The notes: generated by a model from the sequence alone, not told the origin. A DNA stretch of 64,000 nucleotides from Enoplolaimus lenunculus (GCA_030248215.1 JASANG010002092.1:434001-498000); one strand, 5' to 3'. Positions 14,620 to 27,600 are shown, counted from the first letter of the stretch. Made by a program: numbers and translations.

Positions 14620-16040
14620 GGGCTGGAAGAATGGTATCATGAGGTCGGTGTATCTGGCTTTGTATAGAAGCATCCTGGACTACTGCGCTGGGGCATGGCA
14701 GCCATGGACATCTCAGTCGACGATGAACAAGCTTGAACGCCACCAGAAAAAAGCACTAAGATCATCGGAGGTCAATAGGCTTCCATCCCAACCGAAGCAT
14801 TACGTTGCGAAACACGGCTTCAGTCATTTGCAACAAGATCAAAACGTATGATAACCAGAGCGTTTGAAAAAACAATGAGCTTGTGAGCAGATAATTCCAG
14901 AAGGCGCGCACTGGAACGCGAAGTGGTCCATCGAACTAAACGACGAAGTTGTGTTAAAGTAAAGTAGTTGCTGGCCAGTTCGCGAATTTAGTGACCGACG
15001 GGACACTGTGAACGTGGTCAGACACCAGTTGTGTTAGCCCAACCGTGGGGTCGGACCGCGAATTGGGATTGTCAATTGGAGCTGGTTGGAGGAAGTAATA
15101 AAAGTTCGAATGAAGTAACGTTGCATCAAGACGCATTACACACGTTGGCTAGCTGTTTTGTGTTGATGCAGAGATCAGTATTTATACGGATGTTTCGGCT
15201 TCGTCTGGTTAATACATGGATGGGGGCAGCGCGGCGATAATCACAGAAGGTATAACGACGGCACCTAACGTTATTCAGAAGATACTATCTAGAGTTAGGC
15301 GTGTAACTTAGTTCATTTGAAACAGAACTGATGGCAATAACATAAGCTGCCAAGAAGATTAAACAAAGCCGTGATTGGGGCTTAGTGGTGATCTGCGCTG
15401 TTAGCCGTTCTTCAATCCAAGCGCTTTTTGGGACATCAGCTATGTCGTCAGCACTAACGGAAGCCAAACGGGCCTTGTATGATTTGAATGCGAGAGTAAC
15501 GATTCCATTGATACCCAGTCATGTAGGTGTGGCGGGGGATAAGATTGCTGACGAAGAAGCAAAACTGGCAGCAACATCAACGTCAACTGCCGAGACGGAC
15601 ATGTTAGTTATGATGCAATATCACCAGAGATAAGGCGTCCACTTTGTGGATCCAAATCCAACAAGATCCGATATACAGGAAACATATGAAGGTAAATTTG
15701 ACAGGAAGACAGGTTCGATGAATAGGAAAGACAGCGTCCCATTAGTACAATTGCGTTCGGGACATTGCCGACTTTGGCAGCATATAGGGTAGTGATAGCG
15801 CCGGGACATAATGGAATCTGCACGTTAGGCAAGGAAGAACCGCAAGCAGTTGAACATTGGCTAATTGTCCAGCATTGCAAAGCGAGTGTCGAAGACTTTT
15901 TGGGGGTGGACTTCTGTGGCATTCGAAATTCGTGAGTACCCGAGGGAGGTGGTCGCGTTGGCGCGACGGAACCTGGTTTGTCTTGACGTGTGAGCCGCAC
16001 TCAACAACAACGACAACAACGACAACAACAGCAACAAAAA
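14620..16040 (+). mobile_element. 5'-truncated, decayed non-LTR retrotransposon with RNase H (I/Ingi/Nimb-like)
   Basis: Frameshifted fragments RSILDYCAGAWQPW..LERHQKKALR, IYTD.SAS, IPSHVGVAGDKIADEEAK, QLRSGHC; ends in a (CAA)n-like tail at 16002-16040. Confidence 0.8.
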
Positions 16041-17057
16041 ATAAGCGTCAGTTTGCGAAACAACAATAGCGTATCCTCTATTGCGCAAACACGTGGCCTG
16101 TAAACACAAACAATTTGGCATTCACGACAATCTTTACGAACCACATCAACTACACATATATAGCTCACACAAAATCATTTGGGGAATGAACCAAAAATTG
16201 TAAGCATTTGATAAAGCTTTTACCAATATCATAACACCACTTCCTACACGAATTTTGCTGTCAGAGCGAAATATTTGAAGATCTGCTAACCCAAAACAAG
16301 TATCATCAATTTTTTGTCAGCCTCATTTCAGTAAAACAATAGACTGAAAAATGACTGTTTTTAAAAAAATGATTTAAAAGATCAATCTTGTTTGTTACGC
16401 TACGACAATTAGTTAAATAAAACGATTTTCGGCTTCTCAATAAATACACCATTCCGAATCACCAGAGCACGTAATGGATCATCCACCTGAATATAATGCG
16501 CGCGCTAATGTAAAAATTTGTCCAACCACCCGGTAGGGATCTGTGTACAAATCGAAGCTGCAACTAGGGAGTAGGTAAATTTTATGTGTTACGTGGACAC
16601 TGTAATTGTCCCGACAGGACGGAAGGGAGTCGGGACAAAGGTAAAAAATTATGGAAAATAAATATGTGTTTGTGTTGTTGTTGTTGTGTTTGTGATGCTA
16701 AAACATGCAGTGCAATATGTCTTTTCGTCCTCGTTAGAGACTACCGGACCTTATAGTGGTCTCGTAATAGAGTGTGTTAAAACGACGCCGGGCCTTACTC
16801 GGACCCAGGAATTTTTGTTGCAGAGCATGCAGTATAACGTGGATGTTCCATAAAGGATCCTGTTCACTCATTGCTCGTAAACTGAGCCTTGAGCGCCCGA
16901 TCCTCTTGGCGTTGCGAAAAGTAAAATCATAGCGTGCAGATGCACGTACTTAAGCCACCAGGTCACGCTTGGATAAATCTTATAAGAAATTTCATTTTCG
17001 AACGACCACTTGCGAATTTCACCGTAACAATCCTAACATAGTTGCGATTACCTTTAG

Positions 17058-17200
17058 GGCCCATCTATATAACAGGGCTGGAACAGTAGTATAAGCATAT
17101 TCTTTAGCCTAAGCCTTGGTCTAAGCCTAAGTGTATGGATGAGCTTATTCCTAAGCCTAAGCCTAAAAGCCTAAGCCTAAGACTAAGCAAAAAATTTAAG
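17058..17200. repeat. GGCCCAT-family MITE end with degenerate (GCCTAA)n telomere-like repeats
   Basis: cctaagcctaagcctaaaagcctaagcctaag; the same module appears reversed at 22410-22536 and 62205-62295. Confidence 0.75.
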
Positions 17201-17569
17201 TTCATCACAAATGTTTTCCTTGCGAGCATCTGGATAGACAGCATGACATAAACGCTTGCAAAGTTCGCACTGGACAGCATTTTCGTTACACTTTACAGTA
17301 GATAAACACGCACGACGCACAATGACGTAGCTGATTGAGAGCCCTTTCAGGCCCGTTTCGCTTTACTCATTATGAAAATTTTAAAAGTTATAGGTAATTA
17401 AAGTTATTAAAATCTGAATGCAAATGCACTAATTTTCACCAAGGTCGTCCCTTGACCGTCGCTTCTATTTTCGATTGGATACCGTGTTCATAGCGCGACA
17501 GTCTGCCATTACACTGTCAAGGCGTAGCCGTCCTTTCGACAGATCTACAAAGTAGCTCGGAAAGCGGGC

Positions 17570-17640
17570 CTTCAAAGCAGGGATCGAACTCTCCGCCTAC
17601 GGATCCTAAAGCGACACTCTACCAGTGCGAAACACAGCAA
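17570..17640 (-). repeat. Degenerate tRNA-derived (SINE-head-like) segment
   Basis: Minus strand shows an A-box-like cgcactggtagag and a B-box-like gttcgatccc; it does not form a full cloverleaf. Confidence 0.4.
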
Positions 17641-18155
17641 TTTTTGGTCCATTATATGTGTCGACCGTATGCTTCCGGCAAGCAGACAACACAATGTGCA
17701 TTGCGTTTATTGCGCATATGCACTAGAACAAGCATGTCTCACATGCTTTTACATTTGTATAAAACCGAATTGAGTTTATCAGAGTTCGCTGTTAGAAACA
17801 AAACTTTCGACATTCTTGCAATCTAAGTCTATTCCGCAAGTTGCTATAGAACCACAATTTTCGTTTACCAGTCATAAATATTTTAATGAAACAATTTGCC
17901 ACAACTGGCATTCCTGGCTGGCATCAATACCGGAGTTTCAGTTTCTAAACCTGAGACTTTTCAAAAGCTTATACTGAGACTGAGACTTGAACTGAGACTA
18001 CGCGAGTCTCAGGAATTTTTGAGACTTGAGACTAACACTGACAATGACACTGTGATCCCTAGTTACTAGGCTATCTGAAATTAAACACAATCTTTGCGTC
18101 CCATTATATCCAAGTTAACTTTTTCTGCTCAACAAACGATTTAAATGTGAACAAA

Positions 18156-20315
18156 CACTCTAAAAAATGCTGAGTCAGAACTTGTTTCAGAAAGAGAGTT
18201 AACAACACTGAGTCAAAAATTGAAAAATTTTGACTCGTTTATCTGAGTCAAAATACTGACTCAGTCTGAAAATCAGAAATATGAGTCAAATAATCTGAGT
18301 CAAATTATTGTTTTCAATTTCAGACTCCCGTTTTGCAATACAAAACCTGAAAGAGTCTGACGTGCGGGCGACCATAATATCAAATGATACCAGTCATTAA
18401 CGACTTGCACATGATATTTGTATAAAAGTAATAACCTATTGAATGAACTTTTGGAACATTAGCGCAACTACAAATATTTTCTTGCTGAGATTTATCAAAA
18501 AGAATGCTTAAAAACATATCGACAAACACTTTTCTGCATGTGCGTAGCCAGGATTATGGAGAATGCACACCAACTGTTTAATAGATCGGTCTCTTGTGTA
18601 AATTGTGTTACCTGTGTCTTGTGCAAACAAGGTTTTGTGTGTGTAGCCAGCTGTATTACCCTACAGTTATGATTAATATTACATAACTTTTTCGATCCGT
18701 GAGAATCTGAAATCCTTTTGTCTCCGACAAGTTTAATTACACATAGCATCTTCAACTGGAAACTATATACGTAAGCGTGCAATAACTTGCTTTTAACAAG
18801 ATCTTGATATCTGCAGTTGGTGAAAGACGTGTTCATCTTATGTTACTATTTTAGGCGTTGGTCTTCAACATGTGGTTTTTATACACTAAGCCCAAGCGTA
18901 AGGCTTTCCCTTGAAGATTTTTGCAAGCCTACGTCTTAACCTTAAATGTGAGGGGAAGTGTAGGTACAAGAGCGCAACCGTTGTGGATTGAAATTAACTT
19001 TTTAAGTAGATTATGATTTTTAGTTTCGAAATTATTCAGACTGTTGGCTTCTTTTGTCAAGCTTGAGAAATAGAGGTCGATTTAAAGTCTAGACCATAGG
19101 TTTTAAGTTTTGTCTTGGACATACACCCTACTCTAGCCTTTAGATGTTTTGCCTAGTCATAGGCTTGAAGCCTTTTCAGCATTGGCACTCGCCCTGACAC
19201 TTGAAGTAAAGCAAATATGCTTCCGAGCTTGGTTATATATGCCAAACTGGTTGAAACTCTTATCGGTTTCGTACTTTGTGTCCAACCAATTACAAAAATA
19301 CAGCATCTGTGCAGCAAAGGGCATTAGAATGCAATAACGTTCGAATGGCGCAGAGTTGGTTCTATTCGGCGTAACTACATTCTACTGTTTTTGTACTGCC
19401 TTCAAATACATTTTCTTACCTATAACTATAACTATTACTCGCTGTGTTCTCAGGGTGCGAAAACTAGATTTTATTAAGACTATCTTATAGAGCATATATA
19501 ATAGGAATAAAAATATAGTAATTTCGTGAGTGGCTAATTATTGAAATATTCATTTATTCAGTGGTTCACTAATTAAAAAACCGCTTGACAGAAATATTAC
19601 TTATAAATTTATTAATTAATAGAGATATGTTATTAAAAGTGATTTTTTGGAATTAATTACTCAAATTACAATTTATCTTGCTGTAGTGTAATAATTTTGA
19701 ATTTTACGAATATAAAGTACGCTTTGATGAACTAACAGGCCGCTCAGAGTCGCGCTTGGCTCAATAATAGTAAAATTAAAACTTCGGTTACCGTTGTAAT
19801 GAAAACTGTTACATTTCAAGCTCAGAATGACTACACTGAAAATGAGGCTCTGCATAGAGTTAGTATGCCAGTTGTTGCAAGCGTTTTTCAGTGAAGTTTA
19901 TTTGCTGGCAAAGCTGCCGCTGTTTCTGACACAAAATTACAAGCATTGTAAGCTAAAATTCGACTCAATTTTCGACTCAGCAAACTGAACTCAATCAGCA
20001 GTAACTCAGCATGAGTAAGTTATGTCTTGCGACATTTTAGAGTGTTAAGATCGAACGGGTTTCATTCTGAGTCATTTTTGACTCAGTTATATCCACAATT
20101 TGACTCAGGTTTGACTCAGTATTTCAAATTTGACTCAGTTCTGTTTCATATTTGAATCACCATTGACTCAGTTATATTTTAATTTTGACTCAGCCTGTTT
20201 GACCCTTTTTTAACGAGTCACTTTGACTCACGCTGAGACAGGCTTTTTCTAACTCCACCTCTGAGTCAATTTTGACTCAGTGTGAGTCAAATTTGACTCA
20301 GCATTTTTTAGAGTG
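18156..20315. mobile_element. Non-autonomous CACT-terminated (CMC/EnSpm-like) DNA transposon
   Basis: Perfect 22-bp TIR CACTCTAAAAAATGCTGAGTCA, 2-bp AA duplication, arrays of TGAGTCA/TGACTCA subterminal repeats, no transposase ORF. Confidence 0.85.
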
Positions 20316-21351
20316 AATGAAATTATTTATACGAAGGTACATTTGCGCTAAACAAACAAAGCATAAAAGCTCACACATGTGTATTTTTTGGTCTAGTAAA
20401 AAAAACCAAAGCAACTTTAGTGTTTTTTGAAATTTCTTGGTTATTAATGACATTGGCTTGCGTTTAAATTATTTTTTGAAGTTTACTGCTAACTCTAAGT
20501 TTAATTTAGTTTAACACAGGTGCGTTGTTACTTGTCCTATAAAGTAATATGGATCAAGATTGATGATATGCAGAATTATTTTGCGATTTACTTCTGACTG
20601 TTTAGCGTGTAAAAGTTCAAAAACAATATCGTTTGGAAAGACAGATTATACAATTTATTTGTGAAAAATTTTAAAACTACTGCAAATCTATCCTTCTTGT
20701 TTCAGCGTTAAAATTATAAATGTGGTGATAATGTTGGAGTAAATAATGACGTTATTAGTAAGAAAATAACCTAAAATTTAAGTTTGTGTTTTTTTTCTGT
20801 TAAGTTAACTAAAATATTTAAATAAAAAGTTTATTCAAGCATAAATTATTGCTCATTCAAGTATGAAAATTATCTTAAACTTTAAAATTTGATATTTTGA
20901 GGTTCAAAAATTAAAACTTTAGAAATTTAAAAGCCTAATGAGCCTATTAACCAGGCTTCAAAAATAAAATTGTACGCCCTAAAAGCAACAGTTTTCAACA
21001 AAATTTAGGCAGTCTAGTCAGCTTTGGGCGTGAAAGTTTCATTTAGTTTCTTTTGCCAAAAAGATTTGCAGTTTATTACAGACCGCGGTCGCTTTACTAT
21101 TTAAACGCAGTGCATCCAGTTGTCAAAGATTTTGCAGTGATCACGTCGATGGTTTTGTTGCGTCTGATCAACGTGTACCGAAACTGAATTGTATTCAGGG
21201 CGGATACTGAGCTTAATAACCAATGTCATGGACCTGTTTGCCTAATAATGGGCGCTTCACGAATTTTTTTGTTTGTTTAATTATTTTATAAGTGTTCTCA
21301 AGTACTGCCTTAATTTAATAAAATACAATAGCCGTTACTTGTAATCGTAAC

Positions 21352-21429
21352 AATAATAATAATATAATAATAATAATAATAATATAATAATAATAATAAT
21401 AATAATATAATAATAATAATAATAATAAT
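21352..21429. repeat. (AAT)n microsatellite
   Basis: Visible directly in the sequence. Confidence 0.95.
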
Positions 21430-21558
21430 GTCAGTTGAATTTGGCAAGAAATAAAGGTAAGTTTTAAATACCGGGCAGAAGGTAGTAAAGCACAACTGTT
21501 TGACTCATCAGCATGTAGTATGGCAAGATTAAAGGGACACCGGTTATATACAAGTCAC

Positions 21559-22536
21559 GGCCCATGTATAGAAGAGGGTCGGATCGTTTTCCGGTGGGGC
21601 TAAGATAGAGGTAGTTTATATCTAGTAAGCTGAACATTGTTCGCTTAAAGATATTAAACTGAAAATTTCTCGCTTATGGGTATCCACATTAAAATGCACG
21701 CACATTTGTAACAAATTGTCCCTCCTTTTAGGTGCCCAAGTTGTCCCCACCCACTCTCTTTATACACATCTGAGATGTCAATATGTCATTGTCTGAACCT
21801 TTAGACAATGAATATACTCTAGGCCTAAATACATACTTGTCTTGACATCATTATCGGGAACTATTATTGTCCATAGTCCCTCAGAAGGGACTCCATTTTT
21901 TGCGTTTACCGATGACTGTGAATATGTGTGCACAGCGTGTCTTTATGTGTGCGCATGTGCTAACGTAATGTCCTGACATCCTACAGACAACATGTATTTA
22001 TCCAGATTCCCTTCCGACAGAATGTAGACAGTTAACACTATGTTAGTACAGCTATAAAACTGTACCTTGCCTCCAGCTAGTATGTGTACTTTCATGCTGT
22101 TCCTAATGAAGTGAGTAGAACATTTATTACATCAGCGCGTGCATTTTAACGTGGATGACCCATTAACCCTTTATCACATGAATATTTTCTATTTCCCTGA
22201 GACATTATGCTAGGATTCGAACTACAGTGACTGGAGCGAAAGGCGTATACCATCACCACTCAGCTATAGGAGCTTGACGCTCGAGCCCGAGGGGGCTCTC
22301 ACATCTTGTGGTGATTTAGTACTATGTATACGTGTTGCAATTGTTAAACACTGTGCAATATATATTATTTAACTTATATACACTATGGGCAACTCATTGT
22401 GAGAAGGGGTTAAGCTTTAGACGAATTTTTGCTTAGGCTTTAGGTTTAGGCTTAGGAATAGGCTCCTACATACGCTTACGCTTAGGCTTAAAAATATGCT
22501 TATACTACTGTTCTGGTCCTGTTCTATACATGGGCC
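21559..22536. mobile_element. GGCCCATGTATAGAA-terminated MITE (PIF/Harbinger-like termini) with nested insertions
   Basis: TIRs ggcccatgtatagaa / ttctatacatgggcc. A compact relative lies at 62158-62295. A nested MITE at about 21677-22162 has TIR tgggtNatccacRttaaaatgcacgc. Confidence 0.7.
22167..22409. mobile_element. piggyBac-like MITE carrying a tRNA-like module
   Basis: TTAA on both sides; TIR CCCTTTATCACA vs CCCCTTCTCACA. On the minus strand, A-box TAGCTGAGTGG and B-box GTTCGAATCC. Confidence 0.7.
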
Positions 22537-24614
22537 CAAGTAAAGATACTACGACGGAGACTGAGACGGGGAAGTTTCACGACATTGTAACAACGTAGCT
22601 AGTATCTCGAGGAATGCGCAAAGTGGGCACCAAACTGCGAAAATTGAAATCCTGTTCCTGGGCCTGTTCCCGCATTCATAGATGCAGGAACCGGAAATCA
22701 TTTAAATATTGGAAACGTTGTCTTTGAAAAATTGGTATTTCGAAATAAATTTTTTGCAATTAACTGTATATGGCATGTTTTCGCAAAATTTGATGATGAA
22801 ATTGCTGAAAAATCGCTTAAGTTATATTATTGGTCATGAGTGGCTGAAATGTGCAAATATGACATTATCTCGTCCAGACATGGTACCTATGGTATAAAAT
22901 TTAAGATAAAATTTTTTCGATTTTTTCACCCAAGGATGAATGAAAAGTCGGAACATTGTTTTCTGAATAAAGTCATATTATATACGTATTGTTGAACAGA
23001 CTATTGGTCTCGGTCAATTTTATCCGTTACCGAAAATAAAAATAAGTTAACTTTTGAATATTTTTATCTGCTTTGGATTGCTGCTTCATACAACTAAACT
23101 AATAAACCGCCTCCAAAATTTATTTTTTACTTAATTTTTTACTTGACTACTGTCGAAATACCCTTCGAACAGGCTAGGGATGAATCACACTGCCTTAAAA
23201 CACCCTCGGTACAACCCTTATTCAGAGCTATAGTGTTGCTTTTGCTCCCGGGCAAACCGAATAGCCTGGAAGATTTTTTAACATAGAGTGACGTTATAAA
23301 TGCGGATAACCATTAATGTTTACATGTTTCCAACGCGAAAATGCAACTATTATGCATTGTCACAATAAAATCGAAGTGTTTTGGGTTTCCTTTCGAAAAT
23401 AGAATTTTGGGTAATCACAGGGGTTATTTTGTTTCTCTAATCGCTGTATAACCAATAAGCGGTGCTCCACAACCGTTAGCTGCCTGTGTTGGTAGGCGAA
23501 ATGCGCAAATACTTCCGGGCAAAACTGCGATCGAAGGAAAATTTTTGTATTGCTTATCGCTTTTTCACCTCTTTGGTGTCGGTTTGCAAACCATCGAGAC
23601 TGAAAAAAGCTAATCCGAGACCGAGACCAGCCAAATCTGAAGACTTGCCGAGACCGAGACCGGCCAAATCTGAAGACTTGCCCAGACCGAGACTGAAACC
23701 ACCCATCCCTGATGCTAAGTAAACGACAAGTGCGCGCTGTATGGTATGCTAGCCGGCAACGTGCATGGCGACGTATAGTTGATGATAAAGACAGTTCAAA
23801 AGGCATACTGGGTAACGTACTGGCAGAGCGTTCGCTTAAAGATCCGTAGTCGCGAATGTTGGAACCCACCCCGTACATTCCAGCTATTTAGTTAAATGAG
23901 TTGATGCCCGAGTTGTTCCTGTCCAATCCGACATGCCAAATGAGAAACATAATCTTTTGTATAGTTTGCATCGTAAATTAGTATCGAGGATGTTTCCGAT
24001 TGCGTGGCTTTGTTGCATTTTGTTTATCAGTTAAATCAAAAGTGGATGGTATGTAATATAAGAAGGGAGTGCAGCTGGGTACCTTCTGTGTACAAAAGAA
24101 TACCCAGCGCACGTCGCGTTGTTGGCCGACCCCCTTATTTATAGGGGAGATGAAATATGTACAGATGGAAAGAAATGCAAAAAAAAAGCCATTGGCCAAA
24201 AAGTGCTCCGTTTATAGTCTTGAAATTCCAGGTATATATTGTATCATGGAACATCGACTCCTTTCTAAATAAGAGAGAGTACAGCAAAAACGCGACGCAT
24301 GGTGGTAAATATATTTTGTTTGACGCGAAATCCGTTAGTTGCATGCTCATGTCCGTGATCATCAACTCTTGGTTGGTTAAATCAACGAGATGGTTTATTA
24401 CGTACTTAATATAATTGTGCACAGATATGTATATACGTAGAAGATTATTCGGAAATGGGGTACTATATATGTATATTGCGCTCTTAGATTTACAGACACT
24501 TATTATCATTATTGTTTTATTATTATTATTAAGTGGGGTACATATACGTGAAAAACCATTATTTATACTACAGTTCTGCAAATATATAACTTACTGTTTG
24601 CATTGTACATAGCC

Positions 24615-27600
24615 ATGGATGAAGTTGCTGAATCGTTTCACGAAATTAGCGACAAACACCAGCATTTGCTGTCCGCGATAGCTAATCTAGATAAACCTTT
24701 ATCTCGGTACGTATAATGCAGGGTGCAATCGTAATTCCGATTCCGATTAGAATTCTATTCAACACGAGTTACGATTCCGATTCCGATTGCGCAATTTTTG
24801 ACGTTTTAATTTTAATGCTACTTACGTATTGTGATACGTTGCATAAAAATACTGTATTGTTTATCTATTAAATTGCTCTCAATGATTCGATGAGTTAACT
24901 CATCAATAATTGATCGTAGTTTAGCTTTACAGAACTAAAAATCATCGCTAATTTTATCATGCGACCTTTCTGAAAACTGTTGCCAGCCAACAGACACCGT
25001 AAATCAATATTACGTATAAATTTATATTTGTCAATACAAATTATCCGTACAGTCACAAAACTTCCAGTTTCGATTCCGATTCCGATTATGATATAATCCA
25101 GTTTCGATTTGCACCCTGGTATTGTGATAGTCATGGTTTGTTGAATTTCATTTTATGATCCCTAGAGTCAGTCAATGAGTGGGACGCTTTCTAAAAATTC
25201 AGGAGTCTCTAGTGTCAGCCAAAACTTATTACATTTTCTAATTATGCAGGTGGGACTATTGCTGGACCAATGGATCTACAGAAATACGCTGTATATACCA
25301 TTTCGCGGCAAAATACCTATATACATTTTGTAATCTATTATATGCCGACGCAACGGGCGGTCAAAACCAGGGATGGGCGGTCTCGGTTTCAAGTTTCGGG
25401 ATATGGCTAGTCTTGGTCTCGGGTCTCGGTTTCTTGAGTCTCGGTGGGTTGCAAATCGAGATCAAAGAGGTGAAAAGGAGATAACAAATTGCTACTAGCT
25501 GAGGTAGTTTGAGTTGAAGAAAGTACGCAGCATTACGCTTCAGCTTAGGCGTGGGCGTTTGGAAGTAAACAAGTGAATAAAATTGCACTGCACAAGCAAC
25601 GTGAATTAGCTTTTTACAGAGTTGATCACCAACTAACTATAATGTTTTCATTAATATTGGTACTGACGATCGCCATCCGCTTAAGTTCAATTTCATACCT
25701 ATGTGTGCAACGTCTGTTATAATTGGAGTTGGTGATAGTTTTGTGAAAGTTTTCAATCGTTGCGTTTGTGTCATTATTCTTAAGTGATAAATAAAGTAAA
25801 AAATAAAGTTTGGCGACGATTTATTAGTCTAATTGTATGAATTACGTAAACGTCATTTCTAAGCATCTAAAATATTCAAAATTTTTGGTAGAAAAATTTG
25901 ACTTTTATCTGCGTTAACGGTTATAAATTAACCAAGACTGAGACTTGCAGTGCGATGGAAAAACTTTATATTAGGTTATTCGTGTCATCGAACAACAATT
26001 TTAGATACAAATTCCATTCGCTGTTTATTTAATCTTTGTAAATTGTTCTATTTCATAAGATTTAAACTATTATTTATGGGACAAATGCCGATTCCAACTT
26101 TAGTAAATCATGCTTAATAAACAGATAGAATACTACATTACATTATTATATGAAGGCTTAAACTCAAATCATTATAAACGATTATAATTTTATAAAAACG
26201 GTTAATTTCAGTTAAGTTTTTCAAACAAAAACGCAAGAGAGATAATTTTCCCTAGCAGACACACTGGTATGCGCCCATAAATGAAATTGATAGCATTCCA
26301 ACTGATTGTTACGTGCACAAAGTATCGGCAAAGAATCGGTAATGTTTTTGCAGTGCTGATGCCGATGCCGATACTCACGAAAAGTGCCGATTATTACCGA
26401 TGCCGATTAATCGGCACATCCCTAGTCAAAAATGGTATCTCGCAATATGTCTACATCATCAATTCATAGGTTATAGTATGTAATATACGTCTTCATTTTC
26501 TTTTACAGGCGCAAAACACTCAGGTGCGAAAAATATGAAGAACCTATGGAAAGCAAAATCGGTACGCTGTTAAGATATTTCAATGTTATACGTATCTGGC
26601 GTTCATCAAACAAATATTTTTTATTAAGAATAGTTAACGGGAAACAGGTTTATTGTCACGGTCCTCGATCGGTGCAAAAATAGCTTATGAAATGTTTGTT
26701 AATGTTACAGCCTCAGTACCCGGCAAAGGGGCTTTACAAGTCCGGGAACCCTGCCTCGATGGTTAAGGCGACTGTCGTGGGCAGCAGAGCTAGCCTACCA
26801 CTAGAATCATTGGGAAACCAGGGTCGTTCTGGTGTGTTATCTACTGTTTACTTAGCTCTCAAAACGTTGCCCCAATGGAACATAGCTAAATTTAGTTATT
26901 TATTTATAGAAACATTTCATAATGTATTTTTCAAATTGCTGCTAGATTGCAACTTTGTTACTTTTCAGATGAGTAATCTTATAAAGCTTGGTAATAATAG
27001 TAATAATAAAAATACTGGTGCTTCTAATCCCCCCTACAGCCGATGATGAGACCGATGAGGACCTTCGAATGCTCCGCGATTCTGCGGAAAACTTAAGTTT
27101 AGAATTTGAGGAATCGGTGGAAGTGGGAGGGGCGCCTTGCGCCATCGTACCTTCCATTGCTTCCGGTACAGAAGGGGGGCGTCTTGCGCCACCGGACTTT
27201 CTGTAGCTAATTCTTTAGCTTCAAGCTTGCTCTCAGCTAGAGCTAAAACGCCCAGTCTTGCAGCAAAATTAAAGACCAGTTCCAGTGCCACCGTACCAGT
27301 CACTGACCGTTGGGGGGGGCAAATTGGACAGAAGGTCACGTGGGGGTAACAAAAAATCGGGTGCCCAGATAAAGAAGCAGAGTCAGGAGCAAGGCGATAC
27401 GAAACTTCCTGATAGAGTTTCGAAGCCACCACTCCCAGTGGTGGTGAGTGGACCACCCACGGAGCCGGGGACATCTATAGATGCTTCGGCCAGGCAATCT
27501 ATGGGCTTAGTTAAACGACCAAGAGAGGTCACTGGCGACACTCCTGAGTCGGAAAAACGGCCGGCTAAAAAGATCTTAAAGATATAGCTTAAAAGCTCTT

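Noticed and set aside
16730..16915. Sm-class RNA (hairpins plus AATTTTTG at 16810-16817)
   Set aside because: I see no match to U snRNAs or SL1. The segment lies largely between MITE-like inverted ends (about 16473 and 16853), so the structure is more likely TE-internal.
17100..17195. True telomere or telomerase RNA template
   Set aside because: The repeats are degenerate, internal and embedded in a dispersed MITE family. No template-like CTAAGCC lies upstream of the intron 8 pseudoknot either.
22205..22275. Functional tRNA gene
   Set aside because: A and B boxes are present but the acceptor and anticodon stems do not pair properly, and diverged copies occur inside a MITE.
23360..23878. 172-aa ORF and overlapping ORFs
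   Set aside because: They derive from a GAGAC-repeat MITE end with 30-bp duplications and show no protein motifs.
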